Below, in pieces: positions 19,849 through 30,371 of a DNA stretch of 64,000 bases. The number at the start of each line of letters is the position of its first letter. Positions within the stretch are counted from its first letter, which is position 1. The notes below the pieces were generated by a model. The model searched no databases. It was given only the letters and a program-made list of their open reading frames with translations, and had not been told where the DNA came from. This DNA comes from Syntrophaceae bacterium (lineage in GTDB: Bacteria > Desulfobacterota > BSN033 > UBA1163), in contig JACAEV010000100.1 of the NCBI GenBank assembly GCA_013388645.1, forward strand, positions 24,934 through 88,933, read 5' to 3'. The position numbers were made by a program, and so were the translations under genes.

Positions 19849-22397
19849 TTCGAAACAACTCCTTTCACGCCTCCAGAGATAAGAGATGCAATGTTGATGA
19901 GCACCCTAGGTAGCGCCAGTCCGCCAGGTGAAGCTAAATATTTTGGTTTCCACAAAGGATTAAATTTCTCCTTGTACTCACGCAATCCCTGGAAATTGTA
20001 GAAGTGCTCCCCATGGCGAAAAATAAATGCACCGATCCGGTTCCATAATGGGGCTAAGGCGTGATCCTCCATTCCGGAAAGAGGTGCCATCCCCAGATTG
20101 AACCATTGATATCCTTCTCTCTTTCCCCATAGCAACAGCTCAATAAAAAGGTAATCCATGACACCATGAGGGGCTTCCGGAAGGTACCGCATGAGGTCGA
20201 CGGAAAGCTCCTCTTTCTCCGTCCCCTGTAACAGATTGGCAAAGGCCAAGATTTTTTCCTGCTTTCGAACGACTCCTATTTGGGAATGCATCAAATAATC
20301 GGGTTTAAAAAAACCAATCGAGAATCTTTTCTCTTTCGTGTTTTTCTCTTTTAGCCATGTATCTGAAATACTTTTGAGTTCTGGAAGGTATTGAGGGATG
20401 ATAGAAGGGGAAATGATCTCGAATGAACAGGCCTCTTTTTCAATTTTGTGATGGGAGTGGCGGAGTTCCTTTCGATCTCTTTCAAGAGAAAAGTCTTGAA
20501 GAGGGATCAGCGCCTCTTCACCAAGCTTTAGGAGGTTGAGACCAAGATCGAGATAGAGGCTGAGATTTTCTTTTCCGACTTCGTAAAATATTGTCCATCC
20601 TATATAACGGTCACACATCTCACGGAACCGCCAAACCAACTCAATCCATTCCTCTTTCGGTCCGATAGGGTCCCCTAAGGCTACCCAACTTCGTCCCTCA
20701 ATGCCGTACATGATGAAGGCTTTTCCGTTGTCGCTAAACAGAAATTCTTTATCACCAAGTAATGCAAGATGGGCATAGGTTCTTAGAGATTTCTCTGCAA
20801 TATTGCGAGCCTTCTCCAAGTCGTTCGTGCCGGGAGGAGAGGGCTTAGGTGGGCCAGGATGAAGCAACCGGGCAAATGCAAAAAACAACGTCGCTCCTAT
20901 CACTCCAACAGTGGTGCGGAGAAAACGGGATGCATCTCCTAAAAGTGTGAATCCCCACCAAAGTTCGTCGGAGTACTCTACATGCTTGTAGGAGAAGAAG
21001 CCTATCCAGATTGAGCATAGTAAAACAAGAATGATCGCAATCATCCAACCGGGTGTGAAGCGTTGACTGAAAAGGGATGCCTTTCGATAGAAATGTTTTC
21101 GAGAAGAAAGAAGGACTCCAAGCATAATCAATAAAATAATGGCTTCCTCATAATCAAACCCTTTAAGAAGGGAGAAGATGATTCCAGCACTGAGAAGGAT
21201 CATCGTAAGAAGATAGGCAGCGTCGAGTCTCCGTTGAATACCTCTTGCTAAAAGAAGAAACCCCACACCAGCCAGGCTCCCAAGGAAATGGGAGACTTCT
21301 ATCACAGGTAAAGGAAGAAAATCTTTTAGCCATATTAAACGATCTCCCACCCCAGGTAACGCACCCGAAAAGAGCAGAATGACGCCAGCAATAAATGTGG
21401 TAATAGACAGCACATGGGGCACCATTGTGGGAACCCAATGGCCGAAGATCTTGAAAACCCGCTCAACCCGTTCCTTCTTCTCAAGAACCTCGTGCGCCCC
21501 AAGCATCACTGTTGCTACAGCTAAAGGCAGAAGGTAATATATTCCTCGATAAGCTAAGAGCGATCCAAAAACTGCTGAGGCAGGGAGGTAAGGAGTGAGA
21601 AGGAGAACGATAATTGTCTCAAATACCCCAAGTCCTCCCGGAACCTGACTCACCAGTCCCGCGAATTGGGCCATCATGTAGATACCAATAAATCCAATTA
21701 AAGACAGACCTTCACTTGAGGGGAGTAGAAAATATAAGATGCCTCCAGCGAGTCCCCAATCTATAGAAGCAACAGCAACCTGGACAAGAAATAGGTGAGC
21801 GGGCGGCATGGGAAATTTCCATCCTCCAAGTTCCAAAGACCTCTTCCTGGTGATGTTCCATAAAAAGTAACCTCCCACCAGAGAAAGAAAAATTACTCCC
21901 ATGCTGCGAAGAGAGGCAAAGGGAAGATGAAGGGCCGATGGAATAACCATTGGCTCAAATAGAAAAACGATACCCCCAAGGGTTAAAAACCCGAGCCAGA
22001 GTGTCAGGCTGCAAAAGAGAACCACTTTAGTGATCTCTTCTGCCGAAAGCCCCCAAGCCGAGTAGAGACGAAAGCGTACCGATCCCCCAGCGAGCATGGA
22101 AAGCCCAATGTTATTGCTGAAGGCATAGCCAATGAAGGATGCGGCGGCGATCTTGCGGTATGGAAGTTGATAACGTATATAACGTAAGGCTAATAGGTCA
22201 TACCCCGACATGATGAAATAATTCAGCACGGTCAGCCCTAAGGCGATGAGGAGATATGAAAGAGGGAGTTCCCGCAAGTGGCGAAGGATGTCATGATAAT
22301 GATAGCCTTTCAGCGCACGATACAATACCCAGAGGGCGATAGAGAAAAGGACAAGGCCAACCAAAGGACCTATGGCATGTAGAAATTTTTTCTTCAT
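19845..22397 (-). CDS. mprF: Bifunctional lysyl-phosphatidylglycerol flippase/synthetase
   Basis: About 14 TM helices with VPGGLGVFE and YR..YY; C-terminal synthase with GDPIG, KLGEEA, EK.FS.G, DLMR, LGMAPLSG, YNFQGLR.YKEKF.P.W. Confidence 0.95.
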   Translation of the reverse strand: MKKKFLHAIGPLVGLVLFSIALWVLYRALKGYHYHDILRHLRELPLSYLLIALGLTVLNYFIMSGYDLLALRYIRYQLPYRKIAAASFIGYAFSNNIGLSMLAGGSVRFRLYSAWGLSAEEITKVVLFCSLTLWLGFLTLGGIVFLFEPMVIPSALHLPFASLRSMGVIFLSLVGGYFLWNITRKRSLELGGWKFPMPPAHLFLVQVAVASIDWGLAGGILYFLLPSSEGLSLIGFIGIYMMAQFAGLVSQVPGGLGVFETIIVLLLTPYLPASAVFGSLLAYRGIYYLLPLAVATVMLGAHEVLEKKERVERVFKIFGHWVPTMVPHVLSITTFIAGVILLFSGALPGVGDRLIWLKDFLPLPVIEVSHFLGSLAGVGFLLLARGIQRRLDAAYLLTMILLSAGIIFSLLKGFDYEEAIILLIMLGVLLSSRKHFYRKASLFSQRFTPGWMIAIILVLLCSIWIGFFSYKHVEYSDELWWGFTLLGDASRFLRTTVGVIGATLFFAFARLLHPGPPKPSPPGTNDLEKARNIAEKSLRTYAHLALLGDKEFLFSDNGKAFIMYGIEGRSWVALGDPIGPKEEWIELVWRFREMCDRYIGWTIFYEVGKENLSLYLDLGLNLLKLGEEALIPLQDFSLERDRKELRHSHHKIEKEACSFEIISPSIIPQYLPELKSISDTWLKEKNTKEKRFSIGFFKPDYLMHSQIGVVRKQEKILAFANLLQGTEKEELSVDLMRYLPEAPHGVMDYLFIELLLWGKREGYQWFNLGMAPLSGMEDHALAPLWNRIGAFIFRHGEHFYNFQGLREYKEKFNPLWKPKYLASPGGLALPRVLINIASLISGGVKGVVSK

Positions 22398-22450
22398 TTT
22401 GAATAGCAAAGATAATAGACCCTCTAATGTTTTGGACTTTCAAACTTCCT

Positions 22451-23737
22451 TTACTCCGGAAGGATACCCTTTTTGATATAGATGGGACGAACCATTTCTC
22501 TTAGCGAAGGAAGTCTCCTGACAAATAAAATCGAACCTAAAATACAAACTATCCCGCCGATCATGACAGTTCCTGAAGCACCTACCTTGCTCGCCATACT
22601 CCCGGCTAACAAACTTCCAAAGGGTACCATTCCCATGAACGCCATTGTATAAAAACTCATTACCCTACCCCTTTTGTCTTCTTCGACTATGGTCTGTATA
22701 ATTGTATTGCTCGATGCCATTTGCACCATCATTCCAAAACCGACTAAGACCATTAAGATCAAAGAAATTGGAAAAATACGGGAAAGAGCGAAGGTGATGA
22801 GTCCGATCCCAAAGATATTCAGAGCGATAACGATGAGCCTCCCCAACCCCAAAACATTCTTTCTCGAAGCAAGATAAATAGCTCCTACCAGCGCCCCGAT
22901 TCCTGAAGCACCCATGAGAAAGCCAAGGGTATGGGATCCACCCTGTAGGATATTTTTTGCAAAAATTGGCATGAGCACTGTATACGGCATCGCTGCTATA
23001 CTGACCAACCCCAAGAGGAAAAGCAGGGTCCGAATAGGTGCAAATCCAAAGGTGTAAGTGAACCCTTCCCTCAATCCACTGATGACATGCGAATCTTGGG
23101 GTTGTATAGCCCGTGGCTTAACTTTCATCGCCAAAAGGGCGATGATCACGGCAAAAAAACTGATGCCGTTCAAAAGAAAACAAATCCCTTCACTCACCAG
23201 GGAGATGAGCATCCCTCCAATGGAAGGTCCCAGTAATCTCGCTCCATTGAAGAGGAGGGAGTTCAAAGCAATGGCATTTCCCAAATCCTCACTATTTTCT
23301 ATCATCTCTACGACGAATGCCTGACGGGTCGGCATATCAAAGGCGTTCACGAGGCCAAGGAATAACGACAGGAGGATGATATGCCAGATCGCTATCTTCC
23401 CTGTCAAATCAAGAGCAGAGAGAAGAAAAGCCTGCATCATGGCCAGGGATTGAGTTAAAATGAGAATCCGATGGCGGTTCCATCTATCGATCAAAACACC
23501 CGCAAAAGGAGTTAACAGAAAGGAAGGAATTTGACCTGTAAATCCCACCACACCTAATAAGAATGCTGAATTCGTCATGCGGTAAACCAACCAACTCATT
23601 GCAAGTTGCTGGATCCATGTGCCGATGAGGGAAACGCCTTGACCACCGAAAAAGAGTCGATAATTTCGATGACTCACTGAGCGAAAGATCAGTTTCAGAC
23701 CATTTGGGTCTTTAGGATGGGGTTTATTAATTTCCAT
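22451..23737 (-). CDS. MFS transporter
   Basis: About 12 TM helices; NYRLFF.GQ.VS.IG.W.Q, motif A G.LIDRWNR, RGRVMS. Confidence 0.92.
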   Translation of the reverse strand: MEINKPHPKDPNGLKLIFRSVSHRNYRLFFGGQGVSLIGTWIQQLAMSWLVYRMTNSAFLLGVVGFTGQIPSFLLTPFAGVLIDRWNRHRILILTQSLAMMQAFLLSALDLTGKIAIWHIILLSLFLGLVNAFDMPTRQAFVVEMIENSEDLGNAIALNSLLFNGARLLGPSIGGMLISLVSEGICFLLNGISFFAVIIALLAMKVKPRAIQPQDSHVISGLREGFTYTFGFAPIRTLLFLLGLVSIAAMPYTVLMPIFAKNILQGGSHTLGFLMGASGIGALVGAIYLASRKNVLGLGRLIVIALNIFGIGLITFALSRIFPISLILMVLVGFGMMVQMASSNTIIQTIVEEDKRGRVMSFYTMAFMGMVPFGSLLAGSMASKVGASGTVMIGGIVCILGSILFVRRLPSLREMVRPIYIKKGILPE

Positions 23738-23755
23738 TCTTCTTGTTACTCATTC

Positions 23756-24772
23756 TTATCCATAAAAAACGCTGAGCAGATCGTTGGCATAATCCGGGTC
23801 CAGGTCTTTGAGAATCTTGCACTCATTCAAGGCAGAATCACGATCACCCACTTCTAAATAAGCCAAACCGAGAAAGTAATGTGCAAGAACAAATTCGGGT
23901 CAGATATGAATCGCCTCTTCGTAGGCTTTTACTGCTTTCTTGTAACGTCCGAGTTGCGCATGACAATATCCGATCTGAAAATATGCCTGCGCATAGCGAG
24001 GATTTTTCTTAACCGCCTCCTCAAAGTAGAAAAGGGCTTTCTTGTATTCTTCTTTCCAAAGGAAAGGGAATCCTTTCGCATAAAGAGCTTCTGCAACCTC
24101 TTCCCTCCTTCCTCCCCATTCGGTTAAAGTTTTTCCTTTAGTTGGTTTGAATCTCGCGATTCTCTCACTTGTAAGGATAAAGTGAAAGGGGTGCCCTTCA
24201 ATGGTTCGAGAAATAATAACTCCAATGACCTGACCGTTCATACTGATTACCGGATTGCCAGCACAGACAGAAGAGAGAGACGTAGAGATTTGAATCCCTT
24301 TCCCAAAATCCGGAATCTCCCAAAGGCCGGATATAACACCCCCCTTACCAGGCTTCTCAGGTTTTGAAGTGTCAATTACCATGACTCTCTCACCGAGTTG
24401 AAGAAGAACAGTACTTATGGCAAGAGGGTGAACAGTTCCTGGGGGAATCTCAACAGAAAGTCGAATAAGGTCAGCTTCTTTATCTTCCGTGACAACCCTG
24501 GTCACTGGATAAAGCATTCCATCGGAAGCTTTTATTTCTGCACGGGACGCCCCCTCCAATAGATGTCGATTCGTGATGACATCTCCCTCTCTACTGATAA
24601 AAAACCCCTTTCCTTCACTCAGTAACCTTCCTTCCTGATCGTAAGTCAGAATAGCAATGAAAGATGGTGAAACTTTTTTGATAAGGGTCGATATTTCTTC
24701 TCCGGTTGAGGGAACAGAAATCATCACTGAGAAGAAAAAACCCCATAGGATTAGAAACCAGCGGGTCATCAT
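23756..24772 (-). pseudogene. Trypsin-like domain + TPR protein with an in-frame TGA (paralog of 25225-26244)
   Basis: ORF stops at TGA 23900-23902, but the frame continues PEFVLAHYFLGLAYLEVGDRDSALNECKILKDLDPDYANDLLSVFYG* to TAA at 23756, matching the paralog's C-terminus. Confidence 0.85.
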
Positions 24773-24883
24773 ATCAATCTCTTCTATGATTGGATAATTT
24801 TACGATTCCATCTGATCTAAGTTAATGTCAAAGGTGTTTAAAAAACTCTTAGCTTTTCTGCCGTCTTGAAAATTTCTGGAATG

Positions 24884-25174
24884 TCAGTACAACACCTCCA
24901 ATGTCATGATATTGCATTTTTCATTATCGATCATGATCTCATCCGAATCACAGATGTAGCTTTTAATAAGGCGAATATTTGATGATGGACCAATGCTACA
25001 ACCAGGGATTTCCAGGCGTGCGATGGGCCTCATCTGCTTATAAAAGACAACCGTATGCTCATCTTCCAAAACCCAACTGGTAAATTCTCCAAGATCGAGA
25101 CAATCTGCTGAGACCAAAGCCGGGAAGAGCAACCAAACCAAAACACTCACAAGGATCAGTATTCTCATTTTCAT
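24884..25174 (-). CDS. Small exported hypothetical protein with 4 Cys
   Basis: RBS GGAAGGAG before the ATG at 25174; signal peptide ending VSA; 4 Cys in the mature part. Confidence 0.7.
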   Translation of the reverse strand: MKMRILILVSVLVWLLFPALVSADCLDLGEFTSWVLEDEHTVVFYKQMRPIARLEIPGCSIGPSSNIRLIKSYICDSDEIMIDNEKCNIMTLEVLY

Positions 25175-25224
25175 TTTCTCTCCTTCCTCTACGTTACATC
25201 CCCTTCTTAACCGCTGTAACTTTC

Positions 25225-26244
25225 TCACTGAATCATACGGAGGAGGTCGCTGGCATAATCCCGATCGAGATCTCTAAGAATCTTATATTCCTCCATCGCA
25301 TGATTCTTATCCCTCACCTCTAAATAGAGCAGACCTAGAAAGAAGTGTGAAAGGACAAAATCAGGTTTGATACGAACGGATTGTTTGTAAGCTTCATATG
25401 CCTCTACATATTGCTTGAGTTGAGCATGACAATATCCAATCTGGAAATATGCCTCCGCATAGCGAGGGTTTTTCTTAGCTGCCTTCTCGAAGTATAGAAG
25501 GGCTTTCTGATAGTCTTCTTTCCAAAGGAAAGGAAGCCCCTCCGCATAAGCGATGTCTGCTGTTTCCTCCCTCATTCCTTCCCATTCAGCGAGCGTAATC
25601 CCTTTGCCTGGCTTCAGTCTAATGACTCTCTTACCTGGAAGGATAAAGTGAAAGGAATGCCCCTCGATGGTTCGAGAAATAACTACCCCAACGACTTGGC
25701 CATTCATACTGATCACAGGATCGCCAGCAGTGACGGGAAAGGGAGCCTTAGAGATTTGGATCCCTTTCCCAAAAGTAGGGGTCTCCCAAAGACCAGACAC
25801 CACGCCCCCTAAAGCAGATCTCTCAGGTTTTGAAGTGTCAATCATTATGACTCTCTCGCCGAGTTGAGGAAGAACAGCACTCATGGCGAGAGGGTGAACA
25901 GCCTTTGGAGGGACCTCCACAGAAAGTCGAATAAGATCAGCTTCTTTATCTTCCGCGACCACCCTGGTCACTGGATAAAGCATTTGATCGACAGTTTTTA
26001 TTTCCGCCCGCGACGCTCCCTCCAATAGATGTCGATTCGTGACGACATCCCCTTCCTTACTGACAAAAAAGCCTCTTCCGTGACTCAGAGTGCTCCCTTC
26101 TTTATCGTAAGTTAAGACATCAAGAATGCATGGCCCAATCTTTTTAACCATTGACGACAAATTTTCTTCCGACAGCGAAGACGAAACAGCCATCATGCAG
26201 GAAAGAAAAACAACCCATTCTAAAAACAATCTTCTAACCCTCAT
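25225..26244 (-). CDS. Trypsin-like peptidase domain + TPR repeat protein, probably catalytically inactive
   Basis: G.GFFV, TNRHLL, DLIRL; the nucleophile region reads VTAGDPV rather than GSSGSP; C-terminal TPRs AYFQIGYC and SHFFLGLLY. Confidence 0.85.
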   Translation of the reverse strand: MRVRRLFLEWVVFLSCMMAVSSSLSEENLSSMVKKIGPCILDVLTYDKEGSTLSHGRGFFVSKEGDVVTNRHLLEGASRAEIKTVDQMLYPVTRVVAEDKEADLIRLSVEVPPKAVHPLAMSAVLPQLGERVIMIDTSKPERSALGGVVSGLWETPTFGKGIQISKAPFPVTAGDPVISMNGQVVGVVISRTIEGHSFHFILPGKRVIRLKPGKGITLAEWEGMREETADIAYAEGLPFLWKEDYQKALLYFEKAAKKNPRYAEAYFQIGYCHAQLKQYVEAYEAYKQSVRIKPDFVLSHFFLGLLYLEVRDKNHAMEEYKILRDLDRDYASDLLRMIQ

Positions 26245-26747
26245 TGCTTCATCCCTTTTATTAATTCAATTTGCCCCCGAATCTCTCCATCCGGATGTTT
26301 CTTCGTGCATACGTTGACATGAGTTTCTCCTGCCTTCATCATTTGTAACAGGCAATCGGGGGATTCTCCTTTCAGTGATCCCACCAACTGATATGCTGCA
26401 ATCGTGCCTTCAGCATAAAGTGTGCCGCTGATATCCCTTTTCTTAGGCTCAGTGAAAAGAGTTACTATGGGTTCACCTTTTGCACCTCTCCTCCCGGCAT
26501 GAATATGTGCAGACGTAACCTCCCCGATGTCTGTTAATGTCAGCCGATAAATCAACTCCTCCTCTCCTTTGTTAAGTCTAAGAGTAATTTCACCTTTGGC
26601 TTTCGTCTCAACAGGCGGGACTTCTTCATTTCCAAGGAGTTTTGCTTGGAAGATGGAACCTCCTCCCTGCTGATCGGTTGCCATTCCAAGAGAAACGAAA
26701 ATCACCATTGTCAAAATGGTGAAAAAGTGGATCCTTGCCTTTGCCAT
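26241..26747 (-). CDS. CHRD domain exported protein
   Basis: A.L.G.EEVPPV.T.A.G, AHIHAG..G..G, VNV.T..HPDGEIRGQI. Start moved to the ATG at 26747. Confidence 0.88.
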   Translation of the reverse strand: MAKARIHFFTILTMVIFVSLGMATDQQGGGSIFQAKLLGNEEVPPVETKAKGEITLRLNKGEEELIYRLTLTDIGEVTSAHIHAGRRGAKGEPIVTLFTEPKKRDISGTLYAEGTIAAYQLVGSLKGESPDCLLQMMKAGETHVNVCTKKHPDGEIRGQIELIKGMKQ

Positions 26748-26851
26748 GGAACACCTATTGGCTGATATTACTAATTTCGCGAGGTTTCCTTGAGTGAATG
26801 GAAAAGGTAGTTTCGGTGGACACAAAACCGATCCCTCCTCTAAAAGTCTCC

Positions 26852-27400
26852 TTACCGCTGAATATAAGCATACCTCCACTCACTCTGATAAGCATAATCC
26901 CCCCATGGATATTCAGGGAAATAATAATCTTTATAAGGAGGCGGATAATGATACCAGTATATTCTCCACAGATATATCTCCTCACTAAGGAGAAGGGGAT
27001 AAGAATACTCTAACTCTCCCAGGGGTCTTTTCTTCACCCCTATGATTTTCCCCGCCACCGTTATCTCCCTTCCTTTTCGGTAGAAATGGGGATCCAAGAA
27101 TTTTTCAACGAGAGCTAAGAATCTTCCCCCAGATTCATTTGTCTCTTTCGGTTCTTTCAACCAATTCAAAGGCTTTTGTAAGACCTCAATAAGAGTAGTA
27201 TTATCCTTCTGGGTTAAGGTCTCAATGATCTCTCCACCCCAAATAACTGTCTTTCCTTCGTATGCTTCCGGATTTTTGAGGATTTCCTCAAAAGCAGGGC
27301 TTCGATCTGCAAGATCTCTCAAATTCTTTGAGATGGGTGAGCAGCTAATAAAAAAAACAAAGAGAAACAATAGAAATATTAACCAGTTCGTCCTTTTCAT
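26852..27400 (-). CDS. Slp family outer-membrane lipoprotein
   Basis: Lipobox FISC; V.WGG.I, IEVLQ.PL, S.GRFLA, FLDP..Y..GR.ITV.G, Y.YP; Tyr/Pro-rich tail. Confidence 0.9.
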   Translation of the reverse strand: MKRTNWLIFLLFLFVFFISCSPISKNLRDLADRSPAFEEILKNPEAYEGKTVIWGGEIIETLTQKDNTTLIEVLQKPLNWLKEPKETNESGGRFLALVEKFLDPHFYRKGREITVAGKIIGVKKRPLGELEYSYPLLLSEEIYLWRIYWYHYPPPYKDYYFPEYPWGDYAYQSEWRYAYIQR

Positions 27401-27445
27401 CTTTTAAGTCTCCTCTTATGATCTCCCCTGCCTTTTAGGTTTAGC

Positions 27446-28302
27446 CTATCCAAGCACACGGCCAGGCTGTGATTTGAGAGCCGGTCCTTTAAATCTTGGT
27501 ATCGGGAGATATTCCACAGAAGGCTGGTGCCTTACAGGCTGAGGGTAAAGGCTCATCAGCTGATATAGTTCAGCAGGAATACCTTTTGTCACATGAAGGC
27601 CGAGTTTCATTGCTTCTTCATACGTTATTGGATAATCATGAGCCCATCTGCCCTCAGTAAGAATTCGTGCCAGCTCTTCTGCCTTTTCCGACGGATATTT
27701 CCCTTCTAAGAGGGACCTCGCCTGAGATCTGATCTGCTCAATTGCCTTTCGGCCCACATCCGCAAGGAGCCATGATTTGTCATCAATATCTGATATGGGC
27801 TTGCTCTCAGCTAACTTCACAAGGGAGACTGCAGGATACTCACCCAGTTGTGGATCTACCGGTCCAAGAACCGCATGTTCTTCCATCATAATCTCATCGG
27901 CAGCGAGAGCAATCAATGTCCCTCCTGACATGGCATAGTGGGGAACAAAAGCGGTCACTTTCCCACGGTGCAATTTTATAGCATGGGCAATTTGGTATGA
28001 TGCAAGGACCAGACCACCAGGGGTGTGCAGCACAAGGTCAAGGGGCATATCCGGGTCTGTCATGTGAATAGCCCTGATCACTTCTTCCGAGTCATCAATA
28101 TCAATGTATCGAAGGATGGGAAAACCTAATAGGCTCATGGTCTCCTGTCTGTGTATGAGAACAATGACTCTTGAACCCCTTTTTTCTCAAACGTAGAGAT
28201 GACTCTCTGTCTTATCCCCACCAGGAGTCGCTTTTTTAAAAGAGGCTGCAGTGCAACAATGATAAAAAACAACCAGAATATCGTGGAGATGTCGAATTTC
28301 AT
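27446..28302 (-). pseudogene. SDH family Clp-fold serine protease (DUF114-like), frameshifted in an A-tract
   Basis: LHTPGG, PHYAMSGGT, GPVDPQ, HDYPI in the main ORF. The upstream N-terminus MKFDISTIFWLFFIIVALQP...FEKK (ATG 28302, RBS AGGAG) joins RGSRVIVLIHRQETMSLLG if one A is added at 28180-28185. Confidence 0.85.
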
Positions 28303-28315
28303 TTTTCACTCCTTT

Positions 28316-29041
28316 CTAACGGTAAATGTGGTGATAGGTTTCATCCGGAAAGGGCTCCCGGTATGAATGTCTCCTGTTTCTGAACACCGGGACAAAGGCC
28401 ATTCCAGCAAGAAACCCTCCTACATGTGCCCACCATGCCACTCCTCCTGTTCCGGGGGAAGTGAAAGAGAGGGTTCCAGAAAACAACTGAATGAGAAACC
28501 AAAAGCCGAGATAAAAAAGGGCCGGTAGGTAGAAAAAAAAAGGGAAAAGGAAAATTGGAATCAAGGTGAGAATTCTGGCCCGAGGAAACATCACGATATA
28601 AGCACCCATCACCCCTGCGATGGCACCCGAGGCACCAAATTCAGGAATCATGGAATGGATATCAAGGGTGAAGAAAAGGATATTGGCCGCCAACCCCGTA
28701 AGGAGATATAAAATCAGAAATCGAATGTGGCCCATCCGATCTTCTACACTACTTCCAAAAAGGTAAAGAAACCACATATTGCCTATGATGTGGAGCCAGC
28801 CAGCATGAAGAAACATGTTGCTCAGAAAGGGGAAATAATCCTTCGGAGAAAGTCCGTGAATCAATGCCCATTTTGGAGAGGAATACCTTGCGGGGACAAG
28901 GCCAAAAAAATAGAAGACTTCTTCCAAGATGTCTTTAGGAATGGAGATCTCAAAGATGAAGATGATAGCATTTAAGAGGACCAGAATCCATGTGATCAAT
29001 GGAATTCCTATACGCGGAATGGTATCTTTGAGTGGTATCAT
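28316..29041 (-). CDS. Rhomboid family intramembrane serine protease
   Basis: MIPLKD start, FLHAGWLHIIGNM, GASGA, WWAHVGGF. Confidence 0.95.
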   Translation of the reverse strand: MIPLKDTIPRIGIPLITWILVLLNAIIFIFEISIPKDILEEVFYFFGLVPARYSSPKWALIHGLSPKDYFPFLSNMFLHAGWLHIIGNMWFLYLFGSSVEDRMGHIRFLILYLLTGLAANILFFTLDIHSMIPEFGASGAIAGVMGAYIVMFPRARILTLIPIFLFPFFFYLPALFYLGFWFLIQLFSGTLSFTSPGTGGVAWWAHVGGFLAGMAFVPVFRNRRHSYREPFPDETYHHIYR

Positions 29042-29249
29042 GTTATGTCATTCTCCAGTCGACCTGCTATGCCGCTAAAATGCGTTATGAATGTCCAGTA
29101 CAAAAAGACAGGGTGTCAATCCAAGGACCGCGCCTGGGAATATTTCAGGAAAGATCTTCATCCATTCGGTTCTTGTCAATTCAGTTACTCCCTTCTACAC
29201 CCATTTTAAGACATCGGAAGGAGTTTGGATGTTCTCAACTGTTTAGCCT

Positions 29250-30368
29250 CTAAGTCCTGAGCTCCCGTAAGGTGCGCAGATAGCCAACGACATCCTCCCG
29301 GCTGAGCATGCCCTGAATTTGCCCATCTACCATCACGGGAAGTTGGTTGACTCCATCACGGTCCATCTCTTCCAGAGCTGCCCATAGTTCTGTATCGGGC
29401 TTCACCCGTTTTGTTCGCTCTATCGGGATCATGGCTTGAGCGCTGGTCGTGGTTGGCCATTCAGGTCGCGGAACCTCTTTAACGTGATGCAAAGTCAACA
29501 AACCAATAACCACGTCACTCCGTTTAACCACGAAACTCCTACGACCGCTCGCCAAAATGTGATCATCCACCAGGTGTTGCAAAGTAGTATCAGCAGGAAT
29601 GGCTATGTATTGCCGATTCATTGCCTGTGACACTTTATGGCCAGCCAGAATATCGTGGAGCGCCAGTTGCTGAACCTGACCCCTGGCGGCACTCTCCAGG
29701 AACCAGCCGATGAAGGCGATCCATATGCCGTTGATGAAGTTGCCGCCAAAGATCTGCCACACACCGAAGATGACGAAGAGGTAGGCGATGAATCGCCCCA
29801 CATTGGCGGCGATCAGGGTGGCCCGGCGCATGTTATGGGTGACACCCCAGACAATGGCTCGTAAGACACCACCTCCGTCCAGAGGGAAGCCTGGAACAAG
29901 ATTGAACAGGCCCAGCGCTCCGTTGATATAGGCCAGATATTTGGAGAGAGCAAGTAGCGGGGCGACACCTGCGAAGAAAGGCTGCATTAGACTGAAGAGG
30001 GCTGCCAAAGCGAAACTGACAGAAGGGCCGGCGATGGCAATCCAGAATCCGGCGGTGGCGCTGGGTGGTTCGGTGCCAATTAGGGATATACCACCGAAAA
30101 TATAGAGCGTGATGCTGCGGACTGGAACCTTATAGCGCATCGCCACCACCGAATGCCCCAGTTCATGGAGCAACACACTCACAAAAAGCATGATGGCTGT
30201 CACCGCTCCCATGGACCAATACTGCGCTACAGGCCAGTTCTTGAATTCAGCCGGGTAGTAGCCAACGGCCATCGTCCAGGTGATAAGCACAAAAATCAAA
30301 AACCAGGAATAGTCCAGCCCAATGGGGATACCCAGAATGTGTCCTAATGGAATCGTATGTCGGTTCAT
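29250..30368 (-). CDS. Site-2 protease (M50) with a CBS pair
   Basis: HELGH, IA.AGP, FNLVPGFPLDGG, two C-terminal CBS domains. Confidence 0.95.
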   Translation of the reverse strand: MNRHTIPLGHILGIPIGLDYSWFLIFVLITWTMAVGYYPAEFKNWPVAQYWSMGAVTAIMLFVSVLLHELGHSVVAMRYKVPVRSITLYIFGGISLIGTEPPSATAGFWIAIAGPSVSFALAALFSLMQPFFAGVAPLLALSKYLAYINGALGLFNLVPGFPLDGGGVLRAIVWGVTHNMRRATLIAANVGRFIAYLFVIFGVWQIFGGNFINGIWIAFIGWFLESAARGQVQQLALHDILAGHKVSQAMNRQYIAIPADTTLQHLVDDHILASGRRSFVVKRSDVVIGLLTLHHVKEVPRPEWPTTTSAQAMIPIERTKRVKPDTELWAALEEMDRDGVNQLPVMVDGQIQGMLSREDVVGYLRTLRELRT

Positions 30369-30371
30369 AGA

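Noticed and set aside
23900..23902. In-frame TGA as selenocysteine
   Set aside because: The aligned residue in the paralog is Lys in a TPR loop, not Cys, and I see no convincing SECIS hairpin directly downstream.
28175..28190. Programmed -1 ribosomal frameshift at A6G
   Set aside because: The zero-frame codons are GAG AAA AAA GGG, so the A-AAA-AAG heptamer is not in the required phase.
29060..29150. A fourth sigma54 promoter and enhancer array upstream of the rhomboid gene
   Set aside because: Half-sites are present, but the 20-bp period is not kept, the -12 element is missing and the spacing does not match the other three.
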